This document shows, piece after piece, positions 29,697 through 42,636 of a stretch of DNA of 64,000 nt. Below the pieces are notes generated by a model that saw nothing but the letters and a program-made list of their open reading frames with translations, did no database searches and had not been told where the DNA came from. Location: assembly GCA_963779415.1 (NCBI GenBank), contig CAVZYA010000001.1, positions 480,001 through 544,000 of the forward strand, read 5' to 3'. The stretch comes from an uncultured Acidobacteriota bacterium. GTDB taxonomy: Bacteria > Acidobacteriota > Thermoanaerobaculia > UBA5066. Numbering within the stretch: position 1 is the stretch's first letter; every line of letters starts with the position of its first letter. Made by a program: the position numbers and the translations under genes.

Positions 29697-32669
29697 ATGG
29701 CCGACCGCGACTGGAAATCGACGCTCCTCCTCCCGAAGACCCCCTTCCCGATGAAAGGGGATCTGCCGAAGCGGGAGCCGGAGCGTCTGAAGAGGTGGGT
29801 CGAGACGGATCTCTACGGGAGGATCCGGAAGGCCCGCGCCGGCGCCCCCGTCTTCATCCTTCACGACGGGCCCCCGTACGCGAACGGGAAGATCCATCTC
29901 GGCACCGCGATGAACAAGACGCTCAAGGACCTCGTCGTCCGCTCGCGGTCGCTCGCCGGATTCGACGCCCCGTACCTCCCGGGCTGGGACTGCCACGGCC
30001 TTCCGATCGAGCGGAACATGGTGAAGGAGCTCGGGCCACAAAAGGCCGGAATCTCCGACGTGGATTTCCGGCGCGCCTGCCGCGCCTTCGCGGAGAAGTG
30101 GATCGCGGACCAGCGCGCCGACTTCATGCGCCTCGGCATCCTCGGTTCTTGGGACCGGCCCTACAAGACGATGGACTTCGCCTATCAGGCCGAGATCGCG
30201 CGCGCCTTCGGCGTCTTCGCCGCGAAAGGACTCGTGACGTTCGGCTTCAAGGCGGTCCTCTGGTGCGTCAACGACCGCACCGCCCTCGCCGAAGCGGAGG
30301 TCGAGTACGCCGACAAGACCGACCCCTCGATCTACGTCGCGATGCCGCTCGAAGACGAGTCCGCACGAAGAGTCTGGCCGTCGGCCGCCTTCGGCGGCCG
30401 TGCTTCGAAGGTCTATGCGGTCATCTGGACCACGACGCCGTGGACACTTCCGGCGAACCGGGCGATCGCGCTCGGGCCGGACATCCAGTACGTCTTGATC
30501 CACCGGACGGCTCCGACGAACGACCCCGACGAGTGGTTCCTCGTCGCAGAGTCCCTCGTCCCCGCGGTCGTGCAGGCGCTCGGGTGGTCACCGACTTCCA
30601 TCGCGCGTGACGAGGCATCCCGACGCCTCGGTTCCGCACTCGCAGGAAAACTCCGGTATCACCGCCCCTTCGATCTCGACGGAACCAGCTTCGGCTTTCT
30701 CGTCGGCGAGCACGTCTCGACGACGGACGGTACCGGCCTCGTCCACACGGCGCCGGGGCACGGGAGGGACGATTACGAGGTGGTCCGGCGGAGCGGCTTC
30801 GACGTGGGCGACCCCGCTCTCTGTCCCGTCGACGAAGGGGGCTTCTATGACATCCACGCGCCGGAAGCGCTCCGGGGCAAGCGCGTCGTCTCGGCGCGGA
30901 CGCCCGAGGACGACGCCAGCCGCGCCGTTCTCGCGGCGCTCGCGGCCGGGGACCCCTCCGGCTCGCGGCTCCTCGCCCGCTCCGACGTTTCGCACTCGTA
31001 TCCGCACTGCTGGCGCTGCAAGAAGCCCGTCGTCTTCCGGGCGACGCACCAGTGGTTCATCGACCTCGGCGCCCTGAAGGAGACGGCGCTCTCGGAGATC
31101 CACAGCCGCGTCACGTGGATCCCCGCCTTCGGGGAGAACCGGATCGGCGCGATGGTGGAGAACCGCCTCGAGTGGACGATCTCCCGGCAGCGCCGCTGGG
31201 GCTCGCCCATCACCTTCCTGAAGTGCCGGACCTGCGCCGAAAAAGGCGTGATCTCGCACTTCCCGGCAGTTTCTTCGGACATCTCGCAGGAGGAAAGAAC
31301 GGCGAGGGAAGAGTTCTTCGAGAAGGTCTGGACGACGTTTCGAGAACATGGCGCCGATGCCTGGTACGACGACCGCTTTCCTCCCTCCTTCTTTCTGGGA
31401 ACGTCTTCTCGGTGCTCCTCTTGCGGCGGGACGTCGTTCGAGAAGCTGAAGGACATCCTCGACGTCTGGTTCGACTCGGGCGTCTCGCACGAGGCGGTCC
31501 TTCGCTCGGGCGCCTATTCCGACCGGACGCCGGACCCGGAGACGGCGAAGGCCCCGGTCGTCTACCTCGAGGGGCACGACCAGCACCGGGGCTGGTTCCA
31601 GTCGTCGCTCCTGACGGGGATCGCCCTGCACGGCCGGGCTCCCTTCGACGTCGTCATCACACACGGCTTCGTGGTGGACGGCGCCGGCCGGAAGATGTCG
31701 AAATCGCTCGGAAACGTCGTCGTGCCGCAGGAACTCATCGCCCGGCACGGCGCCGACGTCCTTCGCCTCTGGGTCGCCTCGCTCGACTACACGAACGACG
31801 ACCCGCTCGACGAGGAGATCCTCGCCCGGACGGCCGAGGCGTACCGGAAGCTCCGGAATACCGCGAAGTTCCTCCTCGGAAACCTCTTCGACTTCGACCC
31901 GGGCATGGACGCCGTCGCCGACGCGCGGCTCGAGCCGTTCGACCGCTGGGCCCTCGACGCGGCCGGGCGGGTCGTGGCCGAGGCCCGGGAGGCTTACGCA
32001 CGATACGAGTTCCACCACGTCGTCCGGCACCTCCTCGATCTCGTCACGACGACCCTTTCCGCCCTTTGGTGCGACGTCCGGAAAGACGCCTTCTACGTCC
32101 TCCCCGTGAACGACCCGGTCCGCCGCTCGGCCCAGACCGCGGCGCTCCGCCTCGTCGAGACGATCGCGATCACCCTCTCGCCGATCTGCCCCTTCACCTG
32201 CGAGGAGATCTGGGAGGCGATCCCGGGGAACGCAGCCGATCCGGCGGCACTCTTCCTGAAGACCTGGAGCGACGTCCGGCTCCCGGAGCTTTCTCAGAAG
32301 GAGAGAGAGGCCTGGGAAACGGTGCTGGAGCTGCGAGCCCGGTTCGTCACGATGCTCGAGCCGCTTCGCCGGAACGGTCTCGTGGGCGGCGCCGCCCAGG
32401 CCGCGATCACGCTCTCGGCGCCTCCCGCGTTCGACGCCTGGCTCGAGACGATCGGCCTCGATCCTCCGCGCTTCGCAGAGATCTTCGGCGTTCCCACGGT
32501 CGTCCGGACGAAACCGTCGGGCGACGGATCCTCTGCGGTCGACCTCTCCGTCTCGCCGGCCGACGGAGCGAAGTGCCCCCGATGCTGGCAGGTCAAGGGG
32601 GACGTCAACGGAGACGGTCTCTGCGCGCGCTGTCACGCGGTCGTCGACGCGCTCCCGCGTACCGCGTGA
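29697..32669 (+). CDS. ileS: Isoleucine--tRNA ligase (type 1)
   Basis: [32 protein letters not shown]-terminal CPRCW...LCARC zinc finger. Confidence 0.98.
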   Translation: MADRDWKSTLLLPKTPFPMKGDLPKREPERLKRWVETDLYGRIRKARAGAPVFILHDGPPYANGKIHLGTAMNKTLKDLVVRSRSLAGFDAPYLPGWDCHGLPIERNMVKELGPQKAGISDVDFRRACRAFAEKWIADQRADFMRLGILGSWDRPYKTMDFAYQAEIARAFGVFAAKGLVTFGFKAVLWCVNDRTALAEAEVEYADKTDPSIYVAMPLEDESARRVWPSAAFGGRASKVYAVIWTTTPWTLPANRAIALGPDIQYVLIHRTAPTNDPDEWFLVAESLVPAVVQALGWSPTSIARDEASRRLGSALAGKLRYHRPFDLDGTSFGFLVGEHVSTTDGTGLVHTAPGHGRDDYEVVRRSGFDVGDPALCPVDEGGFYDIHAPEALRGKRVVSARTPEDDASRAVLAALAAGDPSGSRLLARSDVSHSYPHCWRCKKPVVFRATHQWFIDLGALKETALSEIHSRVTWIPAFGENRIGAMVENRLEWTISRQRRWGSPITFLKCRTCAEKGVISHFPAVSSDISQEERTAREEFFEKVWTTFREHGADAWYDDRFPPSFFLGTSSRCSSCGGTSFEKLKDILDVWFDSGVSHEAVLRSGAYSDRTPDPETAKAPVVYLEGHDQHRGWFQSSLLTGIALHGRAPFDVVITHGFVVDGAGRKMSKSLGNVVVPQELIARHGADVLRLWVASLDYTNDDPLDEEILARTAEAYRKLRNTAKFLLGNLFDFDPGMDAVADARLEPFDRWALDAAGRVVAEAREAYARYEFHHVVRHLLDLVTTTLSALWCDVRKDAFYVLPVNDPVRRSAQTAALRLVETIAITLSPICPFTCEEIWEAIPGNAADPAALFLKTWSDVRLPELSQKEREAWETVLELRARFVTMLEPLRRNGLVGGAAQAAITLSAPPAFDAWLETIGLDPPRFAEIFGVPTVVRTKPSGDGSSAVDLSVSPADGAKCPRCWQVKGDVNGDGLCARCHAVVDALPRTA

Positions 32670-32686
32670 CCCGTACAATCCCCTTC

Positions 32687-33220
32687 GTGACCGAGCCTGC
32701 CGGCGGAGCGGCGCGTCTCCGCATCTCCTACCTCGCCCTCGCGGCGGGGGTCGCGCTCCTCGACCAGATCACGAAGGCCGCAATCGCCGCATGGATCCCG
32801 CTTCACGCGACGGTGAACGTCATTCCCGGCTTCTTCGACCTGACGCACCTCCGCAACCCGGGTGCCGCCTTCAGCCTCTTCGCCGACGGATCCGGACCCG
32901 GCCGATCGCTCCTCCTGACCGGCACGACCGTTCTCGTCCTCGGCGGCGTCCTCGTCTACGCCTTTCGCGCGTCGGCGCGCGACTTCCTCCTCCAGACCGC
33001 CCTCGCGCTCATCTCGGGGGGCGCCGTCGGGAATCTCGCCGATCGCCTCCGCGCCGGGTCGGTCACCGACTTCCTCCGCTTCTACATCGGGACGCACGAG
33101 TGGCCCTCCTTCAACGTCGCCGACAGCGCCATCACCGTCGGCGTGGCGCTTCTCGCGTGGGACCTCTTCCGCCGTCCGGATCACGAGAAGGCCGGATCCG
33201 CCGGCCGCGCGGCGGCCTGA
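32687..33220 (+). CDS. lspA: Lipoprotein signal peptidase II
   Basis: DQITK, NPGAAFS, GNLADR...VTDF, FNVADSAI. Confidence 0.96.
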   Translation: MTEPAGGAARLRISYLALAAGVALLDQITKAAIAAWIPLHATVNVIPGFFDLTHLRNPGAAFSLFADGSGPGRSLLLTGTTVLVLGGVLVYAFRASARDFLLQTALALISGGAVGNLADRLRAGSVTDFLRFYIGTHEWPSFNVADSAITVGVALLAWDLFRRPDHEKAGSAGRAAA

Positions 33221-33232
33221 GGCGGAGTCGCG

Positions 33233-34015
33233 ATGCACCCCGAACTCCTCCGGATCGGCTCGTTCGCGCTCCCCTCTTACGGCGTCGCGCTCGCCACGGC
33301 CTTTCTCCTCTCCGTCTGGCTCCTCCGTCGCCGTGCCCCGTCCTTCGGCGTCCGGCCCGACGACGCCGCCGACGTCGCCATCTGGCTCCTCCTCTCCGGC
33401 CTCCTCGGCGCCAAGATCCTTCTTCTGGTCATCGAGGGGCCCCGCTACGTCGAGTCCTGGGAGGGCTTCGTCGAGTTCGTCAGGTCGGGGGGGGTCTTCT
33501 ACGGAGGACTGATCGGCGCCGTTCTCGCCCTCGCCATCGTTCTCCGCCGCCACCACATCAGCTTCTGGACCTTCGGGGACATGGCCGCTCCCGCGGTCGC
33601 CCTCGGCCACGCCATCGGAAGGATCGGCTGCTTCCTCGCCGGCTGCTGCTGGGGACGGGAGTGCTCCTACCCGTGGGCCGTCACCTTCACCAATCCTGCC
33701 GCGGAGCGGAACGTCGGCGTCCCGATCGGCGTCCCGCTCCATCCGACGCAGCTCTACGAGTCGATCGGGCTCTTCGCCCTCTGCGGCCTCCTTCTCTTCT
33801 TCGAGAAGCGTCGCTGGCCCGGCCAGACATTCGCGTGGTACCTCGGCTCCTACGCGGTCCTCCGCGGGACGATCGAGTTCTTCCGGGGCGATCCGCGGGG
33901 CTCGATCCTCGGGGGCGCCGTCTCGACCTCCCAGCTCATCGCCCTCGCCGGCCTCGCCGCCGCTTTCGGGATCGCCGCCGTGAACCGGAAGAAGTCGGCA
34001 ACCGTCCCGGCGTGA
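33233..34015 (+). CDS. lgt: Prolipoprotein diacylglyceryl transferase
   Basis: GG.FYGG, GRIGCF, HPTQLYE, EFFRGD. Confidence 0.95.
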   Translation: MHPELLRIGSFALPSYGVALATAFLLSVWLLRRRAPSFGVRPDDAADVAIWLLLSGLLGAKILLLVIEGPRYVESWEGFVEFVRSGGVFYGGLIGAVLALAIVLRRHHISFWTFGDMAAPAVALGHAIGRIGCFLAGCCWGRECSYPWAVTFTNPAAERNVGVPIGVPLHPTQLYESIGLFALCGLLLFFEKRRWPGQTFAWYLGSYAVLRGTIEFFRGDPRGSILGGAVSTSQLIALAGLAAAFGIAAVNRKKSATVPA

Positions 34016-34996
34016 CCGCCCCCCGACGGACGATCACGGCGGACCGCGGCGACGACCGCGAGCGGCTCGACCGCGTCCTCCTCCGGCATCTCGCCGATCT
34101 CCCGGAGGCGACGCGGACGAAGATCCAGGCGTGGATTCAGGACGGCCTCGTCACGGTGAACGGGAAAAGGCCCAAGAGATCCTCCGAGAAGGTCAGGACG
34201 GGAGAGACGATCGAAATCCAGCTGCCGGCCCCGCCGCCCGCGCCCTCCGCGCTGGTCGCGCAAGACATCCCATTGTCGATTCTCTTCGAAGATCCTCATC
34301 TCCTCGTTCTCGACAAGCCGGCCGGCCTCGTCGTCCATCCCGCCGTCGGCCACCGGGACGGGACTCTCGTGAACGCGCTCCTTCACCGCTCGAAGGAGTG
34401 GGCAGGCCCCTCGGACCGTCCCGGCCTCGTCCATCGCCTCGACAAGGACACGTCCGGGGTCCTCGTGGTCGCGAAGACCGAGCTTGCGATGGCGGCGCTC
34501 GGCAAGGCCATGAGAGAAAGATGCCTGGAAAAGGAATATCTTGCCGTGGTCTATGGCAAGGCGCCTCTCAGAAAGGGGCGCATCGACTTGAAGATTCGCC
34601 GCGATCCGGCCAATCGCAAGCGCATGGCCGTTTCGATGAGCGAAGGCCGCGACTCCTCTACTTCCTACGAGATTCTCTCCGAATCCTCAGGCTCCCTCTC
34701 CGGCCTCACGCTCCTGAAGTGCCGTCTCGTCACGGGACGCACGCACCAGATCCGCGTCCACCTCAAGGCGATTCGTCTTCCGATCGTCGGCGACCCGGTC
34801 TACGGCGCCGCGAGGTGGAAAGGGCTGAAGGACGACGGTCCTCCGCGAAGCCTGCCGCGCCTTCCCGCGCCAGGCGCTCCATGCGTGGCGGCTCTCGCTT
34901 TCCCATCCGGCCACCGGCAAACGCCTCACGTTCACGGCGCCGGCGCCGTCGGATTTCAAGAGTCTTCTCGAAGCCGCCGGGCTGGCGGTCGCCTGA
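34012..34996 (+). CDS. rluD: RluA/RluD-family pseudouridine synthase (frameshift near 34835)
   Basis: S4 domain, KPAGLVVHP, HRLDKDTSG, GRTHQIRVH, GDPVY. The terminal RQALHA motif lies in another frame, ending TGA at 34996. Confidence 0.88.
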
Positions 34997-35021
34997 AACT
35001 CGAGCTCTCGTCAGGAGGGCC

Positions 35022-37676
35022 TTATAGCCGCACCCGGTCGATCAAGACGACGTCGGAGTTCTCGCGGTAGCGGTCGAAGAGGATCTGCTTGCCGTCGGGC
35101 GATATGTCGAAGCTCTTGATGTCGAAGCCCGGGCGCAGCTTCGTGAGCTGCCGCAGCCGCCCGGTCGAGAGCTCCAGCAACCAGAAGTCCTGATTCCGGT
35201 AATGACCCTGCATCAGCGCCAGCGCCTTGCCGTCCGGCAGGAACCGATAACGATTGCCTCCGGCCGCGACCGTGACCTCCGGTAGGGGGAATGGCTGCTT
35301 CTCGGGCGTGACTCCCTTCAGCTGGTACGTGGGTCCCCCGTGATGTTCGGAGTACGCGATGAACCGTCCATCCGGCGACCAGACCGGGTCGTAGTTGTTC
35401 CCGCCCACCAGCCGCACCGGAGCTCCACCGTCCACGGGAACCTTGAAGAGCGGCTGCTCTTTCCCCTCGGAAGCGACGGCGGCGATCCACTTTCCGTCCG
35501 GAGACCAGGATGGGGCATCGCGGACATCGAGCGACTCCGAGACGCGGCGAGCACCGGTGCCATCCACGGCCATCATATGGAGGCGGGCCTGGTCCCCTTC
35601 CTGGACCACGAAGCAGATCCGCGTGCCGTCCGGCGAGATCGCCGGCGCGGCAGTCACCGAGCCCTCGGCGCCATTCCAGAGCTCGGTGTCCGAGCCGTCC
35701 TTGAACTTCCAGAGCCCGTCGGCGCCCCCCTTGGACGACAGAAAGAGAATGTAGCCGGGCCCGAATCGCGGAGCCGCCGCGCGCACCGCAGGAAGAGAAA
35801 ACCGGCTGACTCCCGGTTCGTCCACGACGTGCTCGGAGATCGGCGCCTTCCAGAGATGCGAGGTCGGATTCGCAACGGTCACGACGAGACGCCGGCCGTC
35901 GGCGCTCGCCGCGACCGAAAAGTACTCCTCGAGACCGAAGCTCACGGCGTGGGGAATCCGCCGGTCGACGTCCATGGCGTAGAGCCCCGATCCTGAGCCG
36001 TCCGGGCGCGAAGCCGTGTAGAGCAGCGTCCGCTCGTCGAGAAACGAGGGGTATGCCACGAGCGAGTCGTAGTTCGTCAGGCGCTCGGCCGTGCCGCCGG
36101 TCGACGGGATTCGCCAGATGTCCATGTGAAACGGGCTCGGTATTCCGTGGGCGAAATAGATGAAACGTCCGTCGGGGGACCACGCCGGAAAGTGGTTGTG
36201 GATGCCCGGCTTGTCGATGAAGATCTGCTTGGGATTGTCCCCGTTACGGTCGGCAACGAAGATCGGATCCCCGGGATCGGCCGTGTGGTAGACGATGCGC
36301 GCCCGGTCCGGCGACCACGCGATCGAGACGGCCGCGGTCAGAAACGGGCGCGCGTTGCCGCCCATCGTGGGCACGAGCCAGGCGTCCTCTCCCTTCCGGC
36401 CCCGGCGCGTGATCCGCATCCATACGTGCGCGTCATCGCCGGAAAAGCCGACATTGCGGACTCGATCGAGGTAGAGGTCCGGAAACTGGCCCCTGGAGAG
36501 ATTGAGGAACTGGTCGCTGCCCACCTGGGTGATCCAGGCGTCGAAGGGACCGTCCCGATCGGAAAGAAACGCGACAAACGTCCCGTCGTTCGAGATCGCC
36601 GCGTCCACCTCGGACCCTTCCCAGTCCGTCAGCCGCGTGAAGCGGGCGCCGGCAAGAGGGTTCTTCCAGAAGTAGTCGCGCTGACGGAGACGCCATCCGC
36701 CGATCCCGAGGGCAAGCAGAATCGCCGCGGCGATGACCGCCGGGATCCACCAGCGTCGTCGGCGGATCCGCTCGGTCACTCTCGGAAAGCCCTCGGGCGC
36801 GCTGATGGCCTCAGAAAGATGATCTCGAATCGTCGCGAGCTCGCGAGCGAGATCCTCCGTCGAGGCGTATCGGTTCCGCGGCTCCTTGGCCAGGCATCGC
36901 TCGATGATCCAGCGAACGGGGGCCGGTATCTTCGGATTCAGCGCCGAGATCGGCCCGGGCTCGTCCTGAATGATCGCTGTCAGCGTTTGCGGCGGCGAGG
37001 CACGCTGGAAAGCGCGCATCCCCGTCGCCATTTCGTAGAGGATCGACCCGAACGAGAACTGGTCCGACCGGAAGTCGACAGACCCTCCCGTCGCCTGCTC
37101 GGGAGACATGTAGCCGACGGTCCCCAGAACGACACCCGCACCGGTCTGGCCCGATACCGTCGGCGCCTGCGTCGCTTCGCCGCCGCTCGTGTCCGGCTGC
37201 GTCAGCTTCGCCAGGCCGAAGTCCAGAATCTTGACTAGGCCGTCGTCGGTCAGCATGAGGTTTTCGGGCTTCAGGTCCCGGTGGACGATCCCCGCGGCAT
37301 GGGCCTTCGCCATGCCTTCAGCCACCTGCGTGCCGACTTGAAGGAGCCGGCGAACCGGCAGCGCTCCCTGCAGCAGTACGGACCGGAGGGAGTCCCCCTT
37401 CACCAGCTCCATCGCGATGTAGGAGATGGAATCGGCCGTGCCGATGTCGTGGATCGCGACGATGTTCGGGTGGTTGAGCGCCGACGCTGACTGCGCCTCG
37501 CGTTCGAAGCGCTTCAGACGCTGCGGGTCCGAGGCGACTTCGGCGGGCAGTACTTTGATTGCCACCTCACGGCCGAGCCGCGTGTCCCGCGCGCGGTAGA
37601 CCTCGCCCATTCCTCCGGCCCCGAGCAGGCCGAGCAGCTCGTAGGGGCCCAGCCGCGTTCCGGACGAGACGTGCAT
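35022..37676 (-). CDS. Hanks-type Ser/Thr protein kinase with TM helix and TolB-like beta-propeller
   Basis: [36 protein letters not shown] segment, WSPDG repeats. Confidence 0.95.
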   Translation of the reverse strand: MHVSSGTRLGPYELLGLLGAGGMGEVYRARDTRLGREVAIKVLPAEVASDPQRLKRFEREAQSASALNHPNIVAIHDIGTADSISYIAMELVKGDSLRSVLLQGALPVRRLLQVGTQVAEGMAKAHAAGIVHRDLKPENLMLTDDGLVKILDFGLAKLTQPDTSGGEATQAPTVSGQTGAGVVLGTVGYMSPEQATGGSVDFRSDQFSFGSILYEMATGMRAFQRASPPQTLTAIIQDEPGPISALNPKIPAPVRWIIERCLAKEPRNRYASTEDLARELATIRDHLSEAISAPEGFPRVTERIRRRRWWIPAVIAAAILLALGIGGWRLRQRDYFWKNPLAGARFTRLTDWEGSEVDAAISNDGTFVAFLSDRDGPFDAWITQVGSDQFLNLSRGQFPDLYLDRVRNVGFSGDDAHVWMRITRRGRKGEDAWLVPTMGGNARPFLTAAVSIAWSPDRARIVYHTADPGDPIFVADRNGDNPKQIFIDKPGIHNHFPAWSPDGRFIYFAHGIPSPFHMDIWRIPSTGGTAERLTNYDSLVAYPSFLDERTLLYTASRPDGSGSGLYAMDVDRRIPHAVSFGLEEYFSVAASADGRRLVVTVANPTSHLWKAPISEHVVDEPGVSRFSLPAVRAAAPRFGPGYILFLSSKGGADGLWKFKDGSDTELWNGAEGSVTAAPAISPDGTRICFVVQEGDQARLHMMAVDGTGARRVSESLDVRDAPSWSPDGKWIAAVASEGKEQPLFKVPVDGGAPVRLVGGNNYDPVWSPDGRFIAYSEHHGGPTYQLKGVTPEKQPFPLPEVTVAAGGNRYRFLPDGKALALMQGHYRNQDFWLLELSTGRLRQLTKLRPGFDIKSFDISPDGKQILFDRYRENSDVVLIDRVRL

Positions 37677-37761
37677 GGCTCGTTCTTGAGACTGCCTCTC
37701 AGATTATAGGCCCGGGCACCGGACCGCTCCGATCCCGCGCCGCCGTTATAATCTCTCCGGC

Positions 37762-38982
37762 ATGTCGACGACCGTCTCGCCGAAGGTCTCCCACCGGGGC
37801 GAGGTGATGCCCCCCTCCCCGATCCGCAAGCTGATGCCGCTGGCCGACGAGGCGAAGAAGCGCGGCGTGAAGGTTCTCCACCTGAACATCGGGCAGCCGG
37901 ATCTCGAGACGCCCGAGCCGATGCGCCGGCGCCTGGCCCTCCTGAAGGAGAAGGTCTACGCCTACTCGCCCTCCGGCGGAACGCCGGAGTATCTCGACTT
38001 CCTGGCGACCTACTACCGCCGGATGGGGATCGACCTTGCGCCCGGCGAGATCCTCGGGACGACCGGCGGGAGCGAGGCGATCCTCTTCGCCTTCATGGCC
38101 TGCTCCGATCCGGGGGGCGAGATCCTGACGGTGGAGCCCTTCTACACGAACTACCGCTCCTTCGCGACGATGGCGGGGCTGTCGCTCTGCCCGATCGTGA
38201 CGCGCGGCGAGGACGGGTTCCACCTTCCGGGGCGCCCCGAGTGGGAAAAGGTCCGGACGCCGAAGACGCGCGTCGTCCTCCTCTGCAACCCGAACAATCC
38301 GACCGGGACCGTCTACTCCGGCGAGGAGATCCATGTCGTCGCGGAGTTCTGCCGCGACCACGGGCTCTTCTTCATCTGCGACGAGGTCTACCGGGAGTTC
38401 CTCTACGACGGGCGGGGGTCCCGGAGCGCCCTCTCCCTCGCCGGCTTCGAGGAACAGGTCGTCGTCGTCGACTCCCTCTCGAAGCGCTTCTCCGCCTGCG
38501 GCATCCGGCTCGGCGCCCTCGTGACGCGCAACGCCGACGTCGCCGGCGCTGCGGGCCGGATGGCACAGGGGCGGCTCTCGCCTCCCGGCCTCGCCCAGTT
38601 CATCGCTCCCGGCGCGCTGGAGCTGGGGCCGGAGTACTACCGGGGGGTCGTGACCGAGTACCAGAAGCGGCGCGACACCCTCTACGAAGGGCTCTCGAAG
38701 ATCCCCGGCGTCCTCCTTCGGAAGCCGGAGGGGGCGTTCTACTTCGTCGCCCGGCTGCCGATCGCGGACAGCGACGACTTCGCCGCGTGGCTCCTCACCG
38801 ACTTCTCCCTCCGCGGCAAGACCGTGATGGTCGCCCCCGCCAGCGGCTTCTACGTGACGCCGGGACTCGGGAAGAACGAGGTCCGGATCGCGTACGTCCT
38901 GAAGGACGAGGAGCTGCACGAAGCCGTGCAGCTCCTCGCCTCCGCGCTTCCCGTCTACCGGAGGGCCCGGAACCTCGTCTGA
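37762..38982 (+). CDS. Class I/II PLP-dependent aminotransferase (aspartate aminotransferase-like)
   Basis: LNIGQPD, NPNNPTG, DEVYREF, SLSKRFSACGIRLG. Confidence 0.92.
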   Translation: MSTTVSPKVSHRGEVMPPSPIRKLMPLADEAKKRGVKVLHLNIGQPDLETPEPMRRRLALLKEKVYAYSPSGGTPEYLDFLATYYRRMGIDLAPGEILGTTGGSEAILFAFMACSDPGGEILTVEPFYTNYRSFATMAGLSLCPIVTRGEDGFHLPGRPEWEKVRTPKTRVVLLCNPNNPTGTVYSGEEIHVVAEFCRDHGLFFICDEVYREFLYDGRGSRSALSLAGFEEQVVVVDSLSKRFSACGIRLGALVTRNADVAGAAGRMAQGRLSPPGLAQFIAPGALELGPEYYRGVVTEYQKRRDTLYEGLSKIPGVLLRKPEGAFYFVARLPIADSDDFAAWLLTDFSLRGKTVMVAPASGFYVTPGLGKNEVRIAYVLKDEELHEAVQLLASALPVYRRARNLV

Positions 38983-40509
38983 TCAGTGCTTCGACGTCTT
39001 CACGACCGGCTGGTCGGGGACGTCGATCTGCGCCTTCTGGATCTTTCCGGAGTAGTCGACGTAGATCGACTTCCACTCGGAAAAGACGTCGAGGCCCGCC
39101 GTGCCCGCCTCGCGGTGGCCGTTCCCCGTCTGCTTGATCCCGCCGAACGGAAGATGGGTCTCGGCCCCGATCGTCGGGAGGTTCACGTAGAAGATTCCGG
39201 CCTCGAGGTCCCGCATCGCCGTGAAGGCCTTGTTGACGTCCTGCGTGAAGATAGCCGAGGAGAGGCCGTAATCGCTGTCGTTCGCGACGTCGATCGCCTC
39301 CTCGAGGGACCCGACGGGGATCACGACAGTCACCGCCCCGAAGATCTCCTCGCGGGCGATCCTCATCTTCCGGTCCCCGTCGCCGAAGACGGTCGGCGAA
39401 AGGAACCATCCCCTGTCGAACGCCTTGCCCGTCAGTCGCCGTCCTCCCGCGACGAGCTTCGCCCCTTCGGCTTTTCCGATCGAGATGTAGTCGAGGACGG
39501 TGTCGAGCTGGCTCTCGTTGATGGCGGGGCCCATCTCGACGCTCTCGTCGAGGCCGCTCCCCACCTTCAGGGCCTTCGCCCGCTCGGCGAGAAGCTCCGT
39601 GAACTTCCTCGCGACCTTCCGGTGGACGAGGAGGCGCGAGGAGGCCGTGCACCGCTGTCCGCTCGTTCCGAAGGCCCCCCAGATCGCACCGTCCACGGCC
39701 AGCTCGAGGTTCGCGTCCTCAAGGACGATGATCGGGTTCTTCCCCCCCATCTCCAGGTGGACGTGCTTGAACGTGGGCGCGCAGGCCTCGTTGATCTTCT
39801 GCCCCACGGACGTCGAGCCGGTGAAGGAGATGACCTTCACGCGGGGATCCCTGATGATCGGGTTTCCGACCTTCGAGCCGCTCCCCGTGACGACGTTGAA
39901 GACCCCTTTCGGGAGGCCGGCTTCCTCGAGGGCCTGGGCGAAATGGATGACCGAATGCGGCGTGTCGGTGGCCGGCTTGATGACGATCGTGTTGCCGCAG
40001 ATGAGCGCCGCCGTCGACTTCCAGGCCGGGATCGCCATCGGGAAGTTCCACGGGGTGATGAAGCCGCAGACGCCGATCGGCGCACGGACCGACATCGCGA
40101 ACTTGTCCGGCAGCTCGGAAGGAGTCGTCTGCCCGTGGAGCCGCCGCCCCTCGCCGGCCATCAGGAACGCCATGTCGATGGCCTCCTGCACGTCGCCGCG
40201 CGCCTCCTTCAGGACCTTCCCCATCTCGCGAGTCATCGCGCGTGCGTACTCCTCCTTCCGCTCCCGGAGGATCTGGCCGAGCCGGTAGAGGACCTCGCCC
40301 CGCTGCGGGCCCGGGACGAGCCGCCAGCTCCGGTAGGCTTCCGTCGCCGCGTCGACGGCATCTTTCACGTCACGCTCGTCCGAATCGGCGAAGCGTCCGA
40401 TCAGGTCGGAGACGTCGGCCGGGTTACGGTTCTCGAAGGTCTTTCCCGAGCGGGCGCTGACCCACTCGCCTCCGATGAAGTTCCGGAGCACGGGAACGTT
40501 GCTCTTCAT
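38983..40509 (-). CDS. Aldehyde dehydrogenase family protein
   Basis: [35 protein letters not shown]. Confidence 0.93.
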   Translation of the reverse strand: MKSNVPVLRNFIGGEWVSARSGKTFENRNPADVSDLIGRFADSDERDVKDAVDAATEAYRSWRLVPGPQRGEVLYRLGQILRERKEEYARAMTREMGKVLKEARGDVQEAIDMAFLMAGEGRRLHGQTTPSELPDKFAMSVRAPIGVCGFITPWNFPMAIPAWKSTAALICGNTIVIKPATDTPHSVIHFAQALEEAGLPKGVFNVVTGSGSKVGNPIIRDPRVKVISFTGSTSVGQKINEACAPTFKHVHLEMGGKNPIIVLEDANLELAVDGAIWGAFGTSGQRCTASSRLLVHRKVARKFTELLAERAKALKVGSGLDESVEMGPAINESQLDTVLDYISIGKAEGAKLVAGGRRLTGKAFDRGWFLSPTVFGDGDRKMRIAREEIFGAVTVVIPVGSLEEAIDVANDSDYGLSSAIFTQDVNKAFTAMRDLEAGIFYVNLPTIGAETHLPFGGIKQTGNGHREAGTAGLDVFSEWKSIYVDYSGKIQKAQIDVPDQPVVKTSKH

Positions 40510-40952
40510 GTCGCGTCCTTTCGCGGGGCGTCTCCGGCGGGTCCGTGCGGCCCGTCGGGAGACGCGACACCCTCGCCGCGCGCCTCCATGTCGACGCTCC
40601 CCCTGAATCTCGCTCCTTCGGCGATGACGATCTTCGGGGCCCGGATGTTCCCTTCGAGGGAGCCCGTCGGCAGCAGCTCGACCCTCTCGCCGGCGACGAC
40701 GTTCCCGACGACATGGCCGCCGATGACGACGACGTTCGCGGTCACGTCGGCGAGGACCTCTCCTTCGGGTCCGACCCGGAACGAGCGGGCGACGTTCACG
40801 CGCCCCTCGATGCGGCCGTCGAAGAGCATGTCCTCCTCCCCCGTCAGATCCCCATGGAGGCGGACCTTGGGCCCGACGTAGGTACGCCGGACCTCGTGGC
40901 GGGGGGACTCCTTCTCGGGAGAAGGGGATCCGGACTTTCCGAAGATCGCCAT
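40506..40952 (-). CDS. Bactofilin (polymer-forming cytoskeletal protein)
   Basis: Start MAIFGK. beta-helix repeats ([38 protein letters not shown]). Confidence 0.9.
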   Translation of the reverse strand: MAIFGKSGSPSPEKESPRHEVRRTYVGPKVRLHGDLTGEEDMLFDGRIEGRVNVARSFRVGPEGEVLADVTANVVVIGGHVVGNVVAGERVELLPTGSLEGNIRAPKIVIAEGARFRGSVDMEARGEGVASPDGPHGPAGDAPRKDAT

Positions 40953-41437
40953 TCGAAACGAAACGAGTGTAACCGGGCTCGTCGGGGGGAACAATGAAGC
41001 CGGAACATCAGACGCCCCAGGCTCTTCAGAAGCTCCGACTTCGGCTCGCCTGCCCGAAACGGGACAGGAGTTCTTACTTGTGCCTTCGGCGAACAAGGTA
41101 GACCGGCTTCCGGACCCCTACGTGTTCGGAACGCCCCCTTTTACGGTTCGCGTTAATTCATGTCGTCTAGTGCAAGTGCTTCATCGGCCTCGCCAGATTC
41201 CTATTTGACTCGAACGGATTCTGGATATGATCGCCGCGAAGTCGCGATGAAGACGGAATCCGGGCGGTCGTCCTTGGCCTCCACTCGCTCGTTCTCAGCG
41301 GGAATTCCGGTCGATGCGAGCCCGGTCAGCCCAGGGAGATATTAATAATGATGGCTCAATAGAGGTCCGGCCTCTGGCGTTTCCCATTTCGTTCGAAGAC
41401 GAGGAGAGGAATGAAAGGAAAGGGAGGAAAGGGATAA

Positions 41438-42571
41438 ATGAAAGAAGTCAGAAAGTCGTTCTTCCGGTTCGTTCTTCCAGCCGCGATCGTCGTTACGATT
41501 CTGGTGGCCGCGGCGCCCGCAAACGCCCAGGCCATCCTCAAGGTCTCGGACACGGTGAACCTCAAGTTCGGCATCCTCATGCAGGGGTGGGCCGACTGGC
41601 AGCAGACCCAGGCGGCTGGGGAGACGAATGGCTACGCGCAGAACCTCTTCCTCCGCCGGATGCGCATCCTGATGGCCGGCCAGGTCGCGAAGGACGTCAC
41701 GTTCTTCCTCGAGACGGACGACCCCAACCTCGGCAAGGCCCCGAAGAATCTCTACAACGTCGCGGACACGGCGACTTCGCCGGGATTCATCATCCAGGAC
41801 GCGTTCATGCAGTGGAAGATCGCGAACGAGTTCATGATCCAGGGCGGCCTCATCCTGATCCCGCTCTGCCGCAACTGCAACACGAGCGCCGCCTCGCTGC
41901 TGACGCTCGACTATGGATCCTTCTCCTTCCTCGAGAGCGCGACCACGCAGTCGGTCGTCGGCCGTGACACCGGCTTCCAGGCCGTGGGCTATCTCCTGAG
42001 CGATCGCCTCGAGTACCGGGCCGGCGCTTATCAGGGCTTCCGCACGGCCAACTCCCACAACTCGTTCCGCTTCACCGGACGCCTCCAGTACGACTTCCTC
42101 GACGTCGAGAAGGGGCAGTTCTACCCGGGCACCTACCTCGGGAAGAAGAAGGTCCTCGCGATCGGCGCCGGCTACGACACGCAGGGCGACTACAAGGCGT
42201 ACGCCTTCGACGGCTTCCTCGATCTCCCGGTCGGAAAGGGGAACGGGCTCACTGTCGAGGCGGACTTCGTCCACTACGACGGCGGAACCTTCTTCACGAC
42301 CATGTACAACCAGGACACGGAGATGGTCCGGGCCGGCTTCTACTTCGGCGGCGTCAAGCTGATGCCGTTCCTCCAGTACGAGAACGAGTCGTTCAAGGAC
42401 GACATCCGGAAGGTCCTGAACAGCAGGAACTTCCAGGCGGGCCTCGCCTACTATCCCTACGGCTACAACTTCAACATCAAGCTCGCGTACACCCTCCGCG
42501 AGAGGCCGAACGACCCCGTGACCGCGAACACGAACGAGTTCACGCTCCAGATGCAGCTTTTCTACTTCTGA
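41438..42571 (+). CDS. Outer-membrane porin (OprO/P / short-chain-amide porin-like)
   Basis: Signal peptide ending ANA-Q, FLRRMR and GRDTG motifs, amphipathic strands, C-terminal Phe (QMQLFYF). Confidence 0.8.
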   Translation: MKEVRKSFFRFVLPAAIVVTILVAAAPANAQAILKVSDTVNLKFGILMQGWADWQQTQAAGETNGYAQNLFLRRMRILMAGQVAKDVTFFLETDDPNLGKAPKNLYNVADTATSPGFIIQDAFMQWKIANEFMIQGGLILIPLCRNCNTSAASLLTLDYGSFSFLESATTQSVVGRDTGFQAVGYLLSDRLEYRAGAYQGFRTANSHNSFRFTGRLQYDFLDVEKGQFYPGTYLGKKKVLAIGAGYDTQGDYKAYAFDGFLDLPVGKGNGLTVEADFVHYDGGTFFTTMYNQDTEMVRAGFYFGGVKLMPFLQYENESFKDDIRKVLNSRNFQAGLAYYPYGYNFNIKLAYTLRERPNDPVTANTNEFTLQMQLFYF

Positions 42572-42636
42572 CACGACGTTCAGACGTCTCGTCGATTCCT
42601 GTTCTTTCGATAAATCACGGAGGATAAGGAGGCTTC

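Noticed and set aside
41205-41231. Sigma-70 promoter TTGACT...TATGAT upstream of the porin
   Set aside because: The spacer is only 15 nt. Plausible but not supportable.
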